From contig JBFMGO010000115.1 in the NCBI GenBank assembly GCA_040752695.1, forward strand, positions 1 to 19,238: a stretch of 19,238 nucleotides of DNA, read 5' to 3'. Shown one piece after another: positions 8,351 to 17,402 of the stretch; position 1 is the first letter of the stretch, and each line of letters opens with the position of its first letter. The notes beneath the pieces are model-generated. The model saw nothing but the letters and a program-made list of their open reading frames with translations, was not told where the DNA came from and ran no database searches. Made by a program: the position numbers and the translations under genes. This DNA is from a bacterium. Lineage in GTDB: Bacteria > SZUA-182 > DTGQ01.

Positions 8351-9637
8351 CTACTGATTGAGAGCGATCGAATCGAGGTAATAGCAGAGCCTTTTTGTTT
8401 GCTCCAAAGAAGAATAGTTTTGTTTGCCTACAATTTTGAGTTTCTCCTTATTTATATAGTATTTATTGTAGCAATCTATTATTTTTTGTGCTATTTCTTC
8501 AGCATTTTCAGGATCAGCACAAGTTCCCGACCGGGTTTCATGAACGATATCTTTTAATGCACCTTCTTTGCTGAGGCATAAGATAGGTTTTTCAGTCATC
8601 AGGTACTCAAAAAATTTTTGGGGTATAAAAAGACTGTTCCCCTCATCCAGATGGTTGATGAGTAACAAAATGTCCGCAATTCGATAAGAGCTTATCAGTT
8701 TTCTGATAGGTACAGAAGCATGAAAACGGACTACTTCATGAATACCCAGGCTGTGTATTTGATTATGGAACTGTGATTCTTTGTTTAAACCAAAATAATG
8801 AAATTGGATTTTATTTTTCAGTGCAGGCATCCTCTTTATTATGAGGTGCAATGCTTCAAAAAATTTCTCAGGATTTCGAGATCCATAAAAATTTCCGGCA
8901 TAGAAGATCGTAAATACATCCTCTTCTTTTACTCTTTCATCTGAGACAAAAAAATCTTCCAATTCTTCATCATATGCATTTTCAATAGTTATGAAAGCAG
9001 CATCGGTACTATGTGAGAATTGTTCTTTATACTGAATGCATGACCTTCGAGTATTTAAAATGATCAAATCAGCCAATGAAACGGCAAATCTTTCAAGTTT
9101 CCGCTCAAGCAAGCTGCCTATCACACCTCTTTTATTCAACGGATTAATATTCCATGGGTCCCGGTAGTCCAGTACAAGTTTCCGGTTCGTTTTCTTTTTA
9201 AGAAAAGCACCGATTAAAAAACATGAAAACGGATTTCCTGTTACATAAATTGCCTCTATTTCATTTTCTTTTACAATTTCATGGGCTTTTTTTAGTGCAA
9301 AAGGTAACCATCCGATCACTCCATCCGGTATCAATAACCGGTTACATACTTTAAAAGAAGAGTTTCTTATCTTAGAGGCAAGAGGATTATCCATACTCCT
9401 CAAAAAATGAAAAGAAAAAAAATATTTTGTTCTATATACCGTACATTTGTTTTCAACCTCTGAAATAAGCGAGTCGTTATAACTGCCATAGATACCGTCG
9501 ATAGGTGCCAGGACATGAGGATACCATCCAAACTTGTTGATATGTTTTATAAACCGTAAGCTTCTATGGCACCCGACTTCCCCGCTGGGAGGAAATGGCC
9601 ATAGTATCATTAAGATGTTTTTACATTTTCTGTTCAT
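8351..9637 (-). CDS. GT4-family glycosyltransferase
   Basis: FPPSGEVG, IPDGVIGW, LDYRDPW, FYAGNFYGSRNP, ADILLL, PQKFFEYL. Confidence 0.9.
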   Translation of the reverse strand: MNRKCKNILMILWPFPPSGEVGCHRSLRFIKHINKFGWYPHVLAPIDGIYGSYNDSLISEVENKCTVYRTKYFFSFHFLRSMDNPLASKIRNSSFKVCNRLLIPDGVIGWLPFALKKAHEIVKENEIEAIYVTGNPFSCFLIGAFLKKKTNRKLVLDYRDPWNINPLNKRGVIGSLLERKLERFAVSLADLIILNTRRSCIQYKEQFSHSTDAAFITIENAYDEELEDFFVSDERVKEEDVFTIFYAGNFYGSRNPEKFFEALHLIIKRMPALKNKIQFHYFGLNKESQFHNQIHSLGIHEVVRFHASVPIRKLISSYRIADILLLINHLDEGNSLFIPQKFFEYLMTEKPILCLSKEGALKDIVHETRSGTCADPENAEEIAQKIIDCYNKYYINKEKLKIVGKQNYSSLEQTKRLCYYLDSIALNQ

Positions 9638-9646
9638 GGCACATTT

Positions 9647-11269
9647 CTAAAACCAGAATGCACAGGCAGCCGCTGTGGCAAGAGTCAAACAGACGGGCAG
9701 CAGTAATTTTCTTTCCTTATATCTGGAAAATAATAGTTCGATGAAAAAGAAAGTAAAAAGCGTATGGATCACGATATTCTCTACATTACTGAACCAGGGG
9801 TAGGCTCTGGAGAGGAAAAAGACAAGAATTACGACACCCAGGAGCAGGCAATCCATATTGAAAAAGGGGATTTTCTCTACAGAGGAGATGATATACACTA
9901 CGTAACATATGCCCATGCCGGTAAATAAGATATTATAGAGAGACGAAAGGGTCTTGGGCTGATAATCCAGAGCGTATATAAGGTAAAGACATATGAAATA
10001 TGCCGATAGCTTTAATATATTTTGAATATATTTTGAATTCGCCTTCTTGAAAAAAAGGATAAGAAGAATAAGGCCTAAGGATATGAGACCGATGTCTTTT
10101 GGTATTCTCGACCGCACAGACAGGAGAGCTGACATGCAAAACAGGAACATTCCGCCAAGCAGAGAATATAGGGTCACGCGGGATATGGTGACCCTTGAAA
10201 GAAACTGGTAACTTTTTCGGTCTTGCTCCCTGCGGATGAAAGAAACGGATGCCTCTTTTCTTTTAAAGAGAAGTAAAAAGAGCAGGGCAGCAATGATCAT
10301 AAGGAGATAAATGCCAAGAATGGCCCCATCGATGGCAAACCATAGGAACCAGGCCAGAATAATCATGAGAAGCTGCATTAAATAGATAATAAGGACAGCT
10401 TCATTGTGCCTGAACCCTATTTTTAGTAACTTGTGGTGGAGGTGATTCTTATCCGGCATAAAAACGGGCCGGTTATCCATATATCTTTCGAAAATTACCA
10501 GAGAAGTATCGATAATGGGGACGCCGACGATATATAAAGGTATGACCGGACTGATCATGCTACTGTTTGAATAAAGTAAAATCATGCACACACCGACTGC
10601 ATAGCCAAGGAACAGACTCCCCGTATCACCGAGAAAGACAATAGCCGGATAGGTATTATAGCGCATGAATCCAATGAGTCCTCCCATCATGCACATGCAA
10701 AAAACCACAATGAGATAGTCTTCTGAAATATAGGCAAAAAAAGCCGTGCAACAGAAAATGAGCAGGCAGATGCCGCTGGCCAGGCCGTCCAGGCCATCGG
10801 CCAGATTGATGATATTGATGGAAGAGACCAGAAAGAGAAAATAGAGCGGAAGGCTCAAAAGATGGAAATTTACTGAAAAGCGAGGCCAAAGTTGAATGAC
10901 GATATCTGACTTGATGCGGGAGATGAAGAGCGTAACAAATGCAGCAAGAAACTGCCCCAAAAATTTCCACTTATAGTCAATTTCCCTGATATCGTCTATT
11001 GCACCGACACAGAAAATACAAAAGCCCCCTAGAAATATGCCCAATAGCAGACGATGGTTTGACCTGGATGAGACGAACATATAGAGGACAAAGGGTATCA
11101 TACTCCCGAGGAAAACAGCGAACCCGCCGGTTCTTGCAATCGGATTGGTATGAACTTTCCTCGCGCTGGGCCTGTCAATTATCCCATATTTTGTGCCCGC
11201 TTTTATAAAGAGCGGAACGAGCATGGTAGTAAGGAGAAAAGCAAAAGATAATAAGATGAAATAATCCAT
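9647..11269 (-). CDS. WecA/MraY-family undecaprenyl-phosphate GlcNAc-1-phosphate transferase with C-terminal membrane extension
   Basis: DRPSARKVH, GAIDD, NIINLADGLDGLA, FLGDTGS, PDKNHLHHKL. Confidence 0.9.
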   Translation of the reverse strand: MDYFILLSFAFLLTTMLVPLFIKAGTKYGIIDRPSARKVHTNPIARTGGFAVFLGSMIPFVLYMFVSSRSNHRLLLGIFLGGFCIFCVGAIDDIREIDYKWKFLGQFLAAFVTLFISRIKSDIVIQLWPRFSVNFHLLSLPLYFLFLVSSINIINLADGLDGLASGICLLIFCCTAFFAYISEDYLIVVFCMCMMGGLIGFMRYNTYPAIVFLGDTGSLFLGYAVGVCMILLYSNSSMISPVIPLYIVGVPIIDTSLVIFERYMDNRPVFMPDKNHLHHKLLKIGFRHNEAVLIIYLMQLLMIILAWFLWFAIDGAILGIYLLMIIAALLFLLLFKRKEASVSFIRREQDRKSYQFLSRVTISRVTLYSLLGGMFLFCMSALLSVRSRIPKDIGLISLGLILLILFFKKANSKYIQNILKLSAYFICLYLIYALDYQPKTLSSLYNILFTGMGICYVVYIISSVEKIPFFNMDCLLLGVVILVFFLSRAYPWFSNVENIVIHTLFTFFFIELLFSRYKERKLLLPVCLTLATAAACAFWF

Positions 11270-11285
11270 GATGGAGTGTCCTGCC

Positions 11286-11384
11286 TAGTACGGGCTTAGT
11301 ACAGGCTCAGTACTGGCTCAGTACAGGCTCAGTACTGGCTCAGTACAGGCTTAGTACTGGCTCAGTACAGGCTTAGTACAAGCC
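11286..11384. repeat. 11-bp tandem repeat, 9 copies (YAGTACWGGCT)
   Basis: tagtacgggct tagtacaggct cagtactggct cagtacaggct cagtactggct cagtacaggct tagtactggct cagtacaggct tagtacaagcc. Confidence 0.95.
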
Positions 11385-11466
11385 GTTGGAATTCCCCGGC
11401 CAGTTCATACAATGGGGCCATTGGTGGTTATAGTTCTTCGGCCTGATACACAGTGGTCACGGCTTC

Positions 11467-13077
11467 TTAATCCGAAACAGGGTGATCATGTACAGGGTGA
11501 TCATGATTTTCACTCTGATACGCGTCCAGAAACTGGTTCACGGCTGCTATCGATTCCCTGGCAAAGGTATCCAGGCGTGTTTCAGCATTCTCTGCACTTT
11601 CATTCCGGCCTATAGGGGTTATCAGCCGAAAGAAAAGGTCATGAGTATTATCTCTGGTCAGAGCGTGCAGAGTCAGATGCCAGCGGTTGATATTTACATC
11701 ATACGAAGTGCGGCTCTTGGTCTGGAACCAAAAAAACACTACACAGCGCTCGTTCATTTTTTCAGCCACCATTTCCCGAACAGTAACAGAGCCAAATTGC
11801 GGTACATCTGAAATCGTATGGGTGGTTGAGGAAAGGATTGTCCATCCTGAAGAGGGAAGACAGATATTGGGGCTGTGAAAGAAATTTTCATTTTCTCCAA
11901 AAGGGGAGCCGCGATAGCCGATATAAAGAGAAACAGGCTCTCTTGTCTTTGACCAATAGGTTGCGCTGAAAGATTCTTCAGCGCCGGACAGAGCCACCAT
12001 CTCAGGTTCCAGGTAATCTTTCCTGCCCTGCCATTCATTGATTGAAAGTGGAAAGGATGAGAAGCCATTCTGAATAACGAGGCCGGGGAGGGCTGCCGTG
12101 GTATAACTCAGAATAGCCACTGAAAATAAGAGGGCTGAAGTAATGACCACTGGAATCAGGCTGCCCTTTGGTTCTGTTCTGTTTTCTGCATTTTCGTTTT
12201 TGCTTGCGGGAATTTGTATTTTTGATACATCTTTTTTAAAAATAACGCTTATTATCCGATGGAAAATAAACAAAACGACAAAGGCGGACATAAAAATAAC
12301 CCATCCGGAGAATCCATGGAAAAATCCTTCCGCTACTTTGGACCCATAGCGCTGGGCGAGAATACCGGTTAATCCGATCCTTATTCCATTTACTCCTATG
12401 GCGATGGGAATCGTGGTTATTACCAGGAAAATCTGTTTGAATTTGTTCTTTTCAAAAAAATAGGCAAAAAGAATACCGATGGTAAGGAGGGGCAGTATGT
12501 AGCGAAGTCCACTACAGGCATCAGCTACCTGAAGCCGGGTAACGCCAAGGTCTATGATATTCCCCTCGACAAAAACCGGTACAGCGAAGAAACGCAAGAT
12601 AGATTCACCGAGCACGGTAGATATTCGCTTGAGCGGTACACCGATCATGGTCTGGACCGTGGTTGGCAAGGGAACCATCAAGAAGAAAAGCGACAGGGGA
12701 AAAGCCAGATTCTTGAACATATCCCTCCCCGTACAGAACAGGGCTATTGACAGAATAACGAAGGGAAGAGCGATTCGTACAGCGGTAGGACTCGATCCCA
12801 GGATTCCATAGGCGCTTGCCAATAAAAACAAAAAGAACAGCAATCCACCTATCCAGCTTGTGCTCAGGGGTGTAGCGGTGATTTTTTTCTTTTTCTCCCA
12901 TAGTAAGTACGCGGTAACGAAAGGGATTAACAAGGCATAGGAATAGTCACCCTCTTCTAACCAGATATGCATCAATCCAGTGAGAGTTGAAAAATAACAG
13001 GCAAAAAAGGCTATGGTTATCAAGAAGAAACCGATAAGCAGCTTCTTCTTATCCCAGATCGGGGGAGTAACTTCCAT
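11467..13077 (-). CDS. Exosortase, EpsH domain fused to an EpsI-like domain (XrtD-like)
   Basis: Catalytic Cys/Arg/His in VADACSGLRY, NGIRI and FFHGFSGW. Also EGNIIDLG, and a C-terminal HSPNICLPSSGW / FWFQ region typical of EpsI. Confidence 0.9.
   Translation of the reverse strand: MEVTPPIWDKKKLLIGFFLITIAFFACYFSTLTGLMHIWLEEGDYSYALLIPFVTAYLLWEKKKKITATPLSTSWIGGLLFFLFLLASAYGILGSSPTAVRIALPFVILSIALFCTGRDMFKNLAFPLSLFFLMVPLPTTVQTMIGVPLKRISTVLGESILRFFAVPVFVEGNIIDLGVTRLQVADACSGLRYILPLLTIGILFAYFFEKNKFKQIFLVITTIPIAIGVNGIRIGLTGILAQRYGSKVAEGFFHGFSGWVIFMSAFVVLFIFHRIISVIFKKDVSKIQIPASKNENAENRTEPKGSLIPVVITSALLFSVAILSYTTAALPGLVIQNGFSSFPLSINEWQGRKDYLEPEMVALSGAEESFSATYWSKTREPVSLYIGYRGSPFGENENFFHSPNICLPSSGWTILSSTTHTISDVPQFGSVTVREMVAEKMNERCVVFFWFQTKSRTSYDVNINRWHLTLHALTRDNTHDLFFRLITPIGRNESAENAETRLDTFARESIAAVNQFLDAYQSENHDHPVHDHPVSD
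11477..11505. repeat. 15-bp tandem duplication encoding HDHPV twice at the exosortase C-terminus
   Basis: acagggtgatcatg-t-acagggtgatcatg. Confidence 0.8.
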
Positions 13078-13118
13078 ATGTTCTTTCCTTTATACTTAGG
13101 TGGTCTTATCGCTTTAGA

Positions 13119-13615
13119 ATGACGAAGGATTATTACACACTGGCTGGTCGCGTATTTAACGCGGCGTGTACTGAGCTTAAGAGAAGTAACCGAAAACAGA
13201 AAGAAAAGAAATCAACCGTCTGGCTAATTTCCATAAGGAAAAAGCCGTTATTGGTTAAGAGAGCGCAAGTGGTTAAGGCCATAATGGACAATCCGGAGCT
13301 TTCAGCAAACAAAGCAGCGAAGAAGGTTGGATATAGCCAAGACTTATCAGCTCTCAAGTGAATCAATCGATTTAACGAAGAAGGGATTGCTGATAGATCG
13401 TCCACGGTCAGGAAGACCCCCTGTACATAGTGAACAAGACCATAGCCGTTTGATTAACCTGGCTCTGCAGAAGCCGTCGGGGTACCCCCTTTGAACTGTG
13501 GACCTTGGAGAGGTGCAAAGGGAATTAAAGGCCAGAGAGGGACTGCACTTGTCTGACAGCACTATCTCTGGGAGTGGCTTAAAGCAGAAGGCTTGATCTG
13601 GAAAAGACAGCAAGC
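13119..13615 (+). pseudogene. Degraded IS630-family transposase, N-terminal HTH region only
   Basis: Across frameshifts it reads LVKRAQVV..K*INRFNEEGI / DRPRSGRPP..LALQKP / PFELWTLE / ELKAREGLHLSDSTI / WEWLKAEGLIWKRQQ. No DDE domain follows. Confidence 0.85.
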
Positions 13616-13642
13616 GGAGGGCACCGAACACCGATGCCCTCC
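13616..13642 (-). terminator. Probable terminator hairpin of the cargo gene
   Basis: Minus strand GGAGGGCATCG-gtgtt-CGGTGCCCTCC (11 bp with one G-U pair), about 100 nt past the stop at 13747. Confidence 0.5.
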
Positions 13643-13746
13643 TTATGTTTTGTTCATTTGCTATAACGACCCCAGATTCTAACCCGGCTACGACACTTTG
13701 GACGGACCGACTTTTCGATCTAATGACGCTCCATAGAAATTGGTTC

Positions 13747-16242
13747 TTATCTCATAGTCATTTTTAGCCATGTCGCCTCCACCTCGTAGGTGAGTTCCGC
13801 TGCACCCTCATGAGCTTGTGGATCCCATCCATGCGCCCACCAGCCCCAGCAATGGTTATCACTCCCTGCATATCCGTGCACGTAAGCGGTATATTGTCTT
13901 TTTACCCGGCGTATGAAATAACCTTCTGGAGTATATTCATCGTTCTCGCTGGGATAGAAAGAATAGGAGTATTCGAAGAAGTCTTCAAAGAAGATTGTCC
14001 AAGAATGAATACCCATAAGATCTTTTCCCTCGTCGTCCTCCCATACTGAGAGTTCGATGTATAGGAGCGGACTTTCCGGAGCCGTCTCTACACTATAGGT
14101 CCGTTCGTCGAGGATCAAAGGACTTGCTCCAAAATCTTTTGTTTCGCCTTGGCTTAACAACCAGAAGCTCCCATAATCAGGAAACCTCTTGGTTGAGGAT
14201 AATATCGAGCCTGAGCCTCCCAGGAATACCCTCGAATGGAGAAAAACCTCATTCGGCGGAGAGCAATCATCCTCTTCGTAATCGTCGGTGATTTTAATTG
14301 ACTTCAGGGTTACCTTGTATTGTAAGATCCTCGGCCCGCAGACTCTTTCATTTTGCACCCAGATGTCAATATTACCTTTTTCTTCACCTCTAAGAGGACC
14401 GCCAAATCTGAATGGTCCCTGTTCTATATCATCGCCCTCCCAACCGAAACCACCTATTTTTTGATGGTATAATCCTTCGACAATCCCAAGGTTATCGTCA
14501 TCATCTTCTAAGGCATCATTAACTGCCTTTCCTACAACATAACCCAATGATCCAGAAACGGGACACCCTTCCTTAAATATTTTAGCCTTATAACTTATAT
14601 AGCAACCGACAGCGGTCGTCAAAACTCCGGCAGCAACCCCCCATGCCTTGCTTGGGCTAGAATCGTACTCTACTCCGCTTATTGAGAAATAGAAATCATC
14701 GCTAAAGAATCCCTTCTTATTCTCGTAGTCAGTCTTGCACACCGTCTCAAGTGCTGCTGGATATGAAATACACTCCTCCAGCCATTCATTGGCGGCCATT
14801 AGCTTTTCCTGACCAATGTACAAAGGGAGATCGAGCCAAAGTTCGGTGTTATCCGCATTGGTTATATGTGCTGAACCCTCATCCCCTCCGGGAAACACCC
14901 CGGAAAATTGAACGAAGGACGCTGCACCGGTGCCTTCGCGGTAAGGAATCCCGGAAAGACTCGTAAATACGAAGGCCAACTCAGCGGGATTGTCTTCGTC
15001 ATCTTCGCTATTACCGTGGACCTGTATGTTCTGGAGTGTGGTTACAATATATGACGGCAAGACAAACAGGCTTGGTAACGGAATATCTTTGCCTTCTTCA
15101 ACATCTTCATCTTTAGGGCATCCTCCTTCAGATGGGAGGAGCTTTATTGAATACTCGCCTGATGGCGCATCCGTTGGTACAAAAAAGCAATAATGAGGAT
15201 AGGGAACTCCGTCAGGGTCGTAAACAAATGTCTTTATCAGGGGCTGACAACCATAATAGATCCTTTCTTTTCCCTCTCCTGTTGGCCGACAGACCATTGG
15301 CGGTGTATTATTATATCGATATCCTATAAGTAAGACCCACATGTTTTCATCTGGAGGAGGGTCTATGAGGTCCACACGCTGACCGTCAGTTGCCATATCC
15401 GGTGTTACAAGAGTTGGTAGCGGTTGAAAGGGGGAGGGAGAGCAGGGCCCATAAACAGATACCTTAACACTATCTGAATAACCACTATTAGTTACTGTTA
15501 TAGTTGCTGTACCACTATATACAGCAATTGCCAGGCCATCGTTACCTATTTTGACTACATTGGGATCTGAAGAGATATAAGTGGTGCCAGCCGCCCTCGT
15601 TATATCAGAAGTAATTCCATCAGAACATTTTCCTGTTACCTCCAATTGTAGAGTTTGTCCAACTTCTGTGAAGGTTATATTGTTGAAATCCACATTGATA
15701 GAAGTGGGAGTAGGGAACATATAAAATGTATAAAAATTCCAGTCCCAATTCCACCAAGAATTATAATCCCCATGAGGATAGTAACTATAATTGTAATTAG
15801 GGATATTAAACGGATAATTGGAAAAAGGGAGACGATAGCAAGAATATTCAAAATGAGGGATAGGATAACAAGAGTTGAAGTAATTTGATAAAAAGTTGAA
15901 AGGATAATTCAGTGGTGATCCAATATTATCACGATAGTTGGTATAAGGGCAAGTATAATCCCACGTAATATGAGAGGAGCAAACCTCTTGATATGGAGTA
16001 CAAAAGGAGCAATTGTTATAGGGAATGTAATTGTAGTCGAATAAACTGTTGTTGAACAAATTGCCCAAGCCATAATAGGGATAAGGGGGAGGAAAAAAGT
16101 AACTATCAAAATAATCTGTGGTGGAAAACTGGAGCGGATTACTTTGGCTTAAGGCGTCCTGATTTATAGAAGTTGCTAAAATGAAAGAGAAAATCATAGC
16201 AATAAAAAACTTCGACATGATTTTATTAAAATTTTTACGCAT
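13747..16242 (-). CDS. Large secreted hypothetical protein with a Tyr/Asn/Pro-rich region and a Big_2-like Ig domain
   Basis: GGGAGG RBS precedes ATG at 16242 (the ORF track starts at 16296). Signal peptide MRKNFNKIMSKFFIAMIFSFILA. Ig-like VGQTLQLEVTG...YISSDPNVVKIGNDGLAIAVYSGTATITVT. Confidence 0.85.
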   Translation of the reverse strand: MRKNFNKIMSKFFIAMIFSFILATSINQDALSQSNPLQFSTTDYFDSYFFPPPYPYYGLGNLFNNSLFDYNYIPYNNCSFCTPYQEVCSSHITWDYTCPYTNYRDNIGSPLNYPFNFLSNYFNSCYPIPHFEYSCYRLPFSNYPFNIPNYNYSYYPHGDYNSWWNWDWNFYTFYMFPTPTSINVDFNNITFTEVGQTLQLEVTGKCSDGITSDITRAAGTTYISSDPNVVKIGNDGLAIAVYSGTATITVTNSGYSDSVKVSVYGPCSPSPFQPLPTLVTPDMATDGQRVDLIDPPPDENMWVLLIGYRYNNTPPMVCRPTGEGKERIYYGCQPLIKTFVYDPDGVPYPHYCFFVPTDAPSGEYSIKLLPSEGGCPKDEDVEEGKDIPLPSLFVLPSYIVTTLQNIQVHGNSEDDEDNPAELAFVFTSLSGIPYREGTGAASFVQFSGVFPGGDEGSAHITNADNTELWLDLPLYIGQEKLMAANEWLEECISYPAALETVCKTDYENKKGFFSDDFYFSISGVEYDSSPSKAWGVAAGVLTTAVGCYISYKAKIFKEGCPVSGSLGYVVGKAVNDALEDDDDNLGIVEGLYHQKIGGFGWEGDDIEQGPFRFGGPLRGEEKGNIDIWVQNERVCGPRILQYKVTLKSIKITDDYEEDDCSPPNEVFLHSRVFLGGSGSILSSTKRFPDYGSFWLLSQGETKDFGASPLILDERTYSVETAPESPLLYIELSVWEDDEGKDLMGIHSWTIFFEDFFEYSYSFYPSENDEYTPEGYFIRRVKRQYTAYVHGYAGSDNHCWGWWAHGWDPQAHEGAAELTYEVEATWLKMTMR

Positions 16243-16537
16243 ACTTATACCTCCCTCAGAATTTTTGCTATTTATATTTCCTAACCTAACCATCAACTTC
16301 CGACAATTTTACAGATTATTTTTTGGCAAAGCCAACAAAGATGCAGTAGTTAAGTTATTCATAATTAGCGGAAAATAGTGTTGAGAAGAGAAAAGTATTT
16401 GGAACCTGCATAAAGAGGGTCGTACGGTTCAGCTCAGTATCATTATGATGTGAAAGCTTAGAAGTGAGTAACCAACAATATCTCTTCAATGACTTGATCA
16501 GATAGAGCAGCACTCAGTAAAGTATGGAAAATATTTT

Positions 16538-16554
16538 TGCAAAAATCATGCCTG
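16538..16554 (-). promoter_or_regulatory. Candidate sigma-54 (-24/-12) promoter
   Basis: Minus strand CAGGCATGATTTTTGCA has GG-N10-GC spacing and points at the cargo gene. An AT-rich tract lies upstream. Confidence 0.5.
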
Positions 16555-16817
16555 TTTTATATGTATTTCTTTATTTTCTAAATAATCAATATTAATCACA
16601 AATATATTAATTAATTAATTAAATAGTTATTATATATTGAATAAAATTGCATAATATGAAAAAAATTGCAATATTCGTCTCCTGCCCTATGGAAAGAACT
16701 GACTCATTGTACAGTTTTCTCCTGCTATTTCACCCTCCCCTCGGTTTATTAACTTGAGTATCTGACAGTATAACGAGACATTATCCAAGCTCTCGCAGAG
16801 AGGCGGCCTTTCTGGTT

Positions 16818-16837
16818 TTGAAAGTCTCGCTGTAGTA
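16818..16837 (-). repeat. Solo terminal inverted repeat of MITE family B
   Basis: TTGAAAGTCTCGCTGTAGTA is the exact reverse complement (20/20) of 8068-8087 and is followed by TTAG. Confidence 0.8.
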
Positions 16838-16853
16838 TTAGCGAAAGGGCCAT

Positions 16854-17402
16854 TTATACATTAAAAATTACCTCTTTCTCACTAAATGTTCTTGTAATCC
16901 GGGCGGGAATCCCTACGGCAATCGAGTAATCAGGAATATCCCTGGTCACAACGGAACCGGCACCAATGACAGAACATTCTCCAACGGTGACTCCCGGCAT
17001 AATGATACACTGCCCGCCGATGTAACACCCTTTTTTGAGGTGAACACCGGGTTTCGTCATGGCATCTTTTTCAAAAACCTGTCTCAAGTGAATCGGAATA
17101 AAGGTATGTCCGATAATGAACGTCCGGGAGATGATTGTTACACGATCTTCAATAATTATCTTCTCAGGATAGGTGTTGTCGATAAATACATCTGAGCCGA
17201 TAAAAACGCCCTCGCCAATTTTTACTCCGCGCATCCGGTGGAGGCTTACTCTCCAGCTTGGAAACATGGGTAAATGACGTGCCCCGGTGTGGATCAGTCT
17301 TTTCATGACTGAACTGACTGCTCCCATGCCCCGAAACTCATCCTCAAGGGGGATTGAGCCCATTAAATGTGATTTAATCATGCCACTCTCACTTCCTTTC
17401 AT
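16854..17402 (-). CDS. Hexapeptide-repeat (LbH) acyltransferase
   Basis: GVKIGEGVFIGSDVFID and GCYIGGQCIIMPGVTVGECSVIGAGSVVTRDIPDYSIAVGIPAR. Confidence 0.9.
   Translation of the reverse strand: MKGSESGMIKSHLMGSIPLEDEFRGMGAVSSVMKRLIHTGARHLPMFPSWRVSLHRMRGVKIGEGVFIGSDVFIDNTYPEKIIIEDRVTIISRTFIIGHTFIPIHLRQVFEKDAMTKPGVHLKKGCYIGGQCIIMPGVTVGECSVIGAGSVVTRDIPDYSIAVGIPARITRTFSEKEVIFNV

Larger units (their letters stand above)
13096..16852. mobile_element. Putative cargo-carrying insertion derived from an IS630-like element
   Basis: TTTATAC direct repeat at 13089-13095 and 16853-16859. Family-C-like ends at 13100-13113 and 16838-16853. Contains a transposase remnant and one large cargo gene. Confidence 0.6.

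Noticed and set aside
8104..8361. 85-aa plus-strand ORF
   Set aside because: Starts within the MITE, runs against the operon and has no recognisable motif.
11286..11384. CRISPR array
   Set aside because: Contiguous 11-bp units with no unique spacers and no cas genes.
13747..13850. Cargo protein as the exosortase substrate
   Set aside because: No PEP/VPLPA motif, transmembrane helix or basic tail at the C-terminus.
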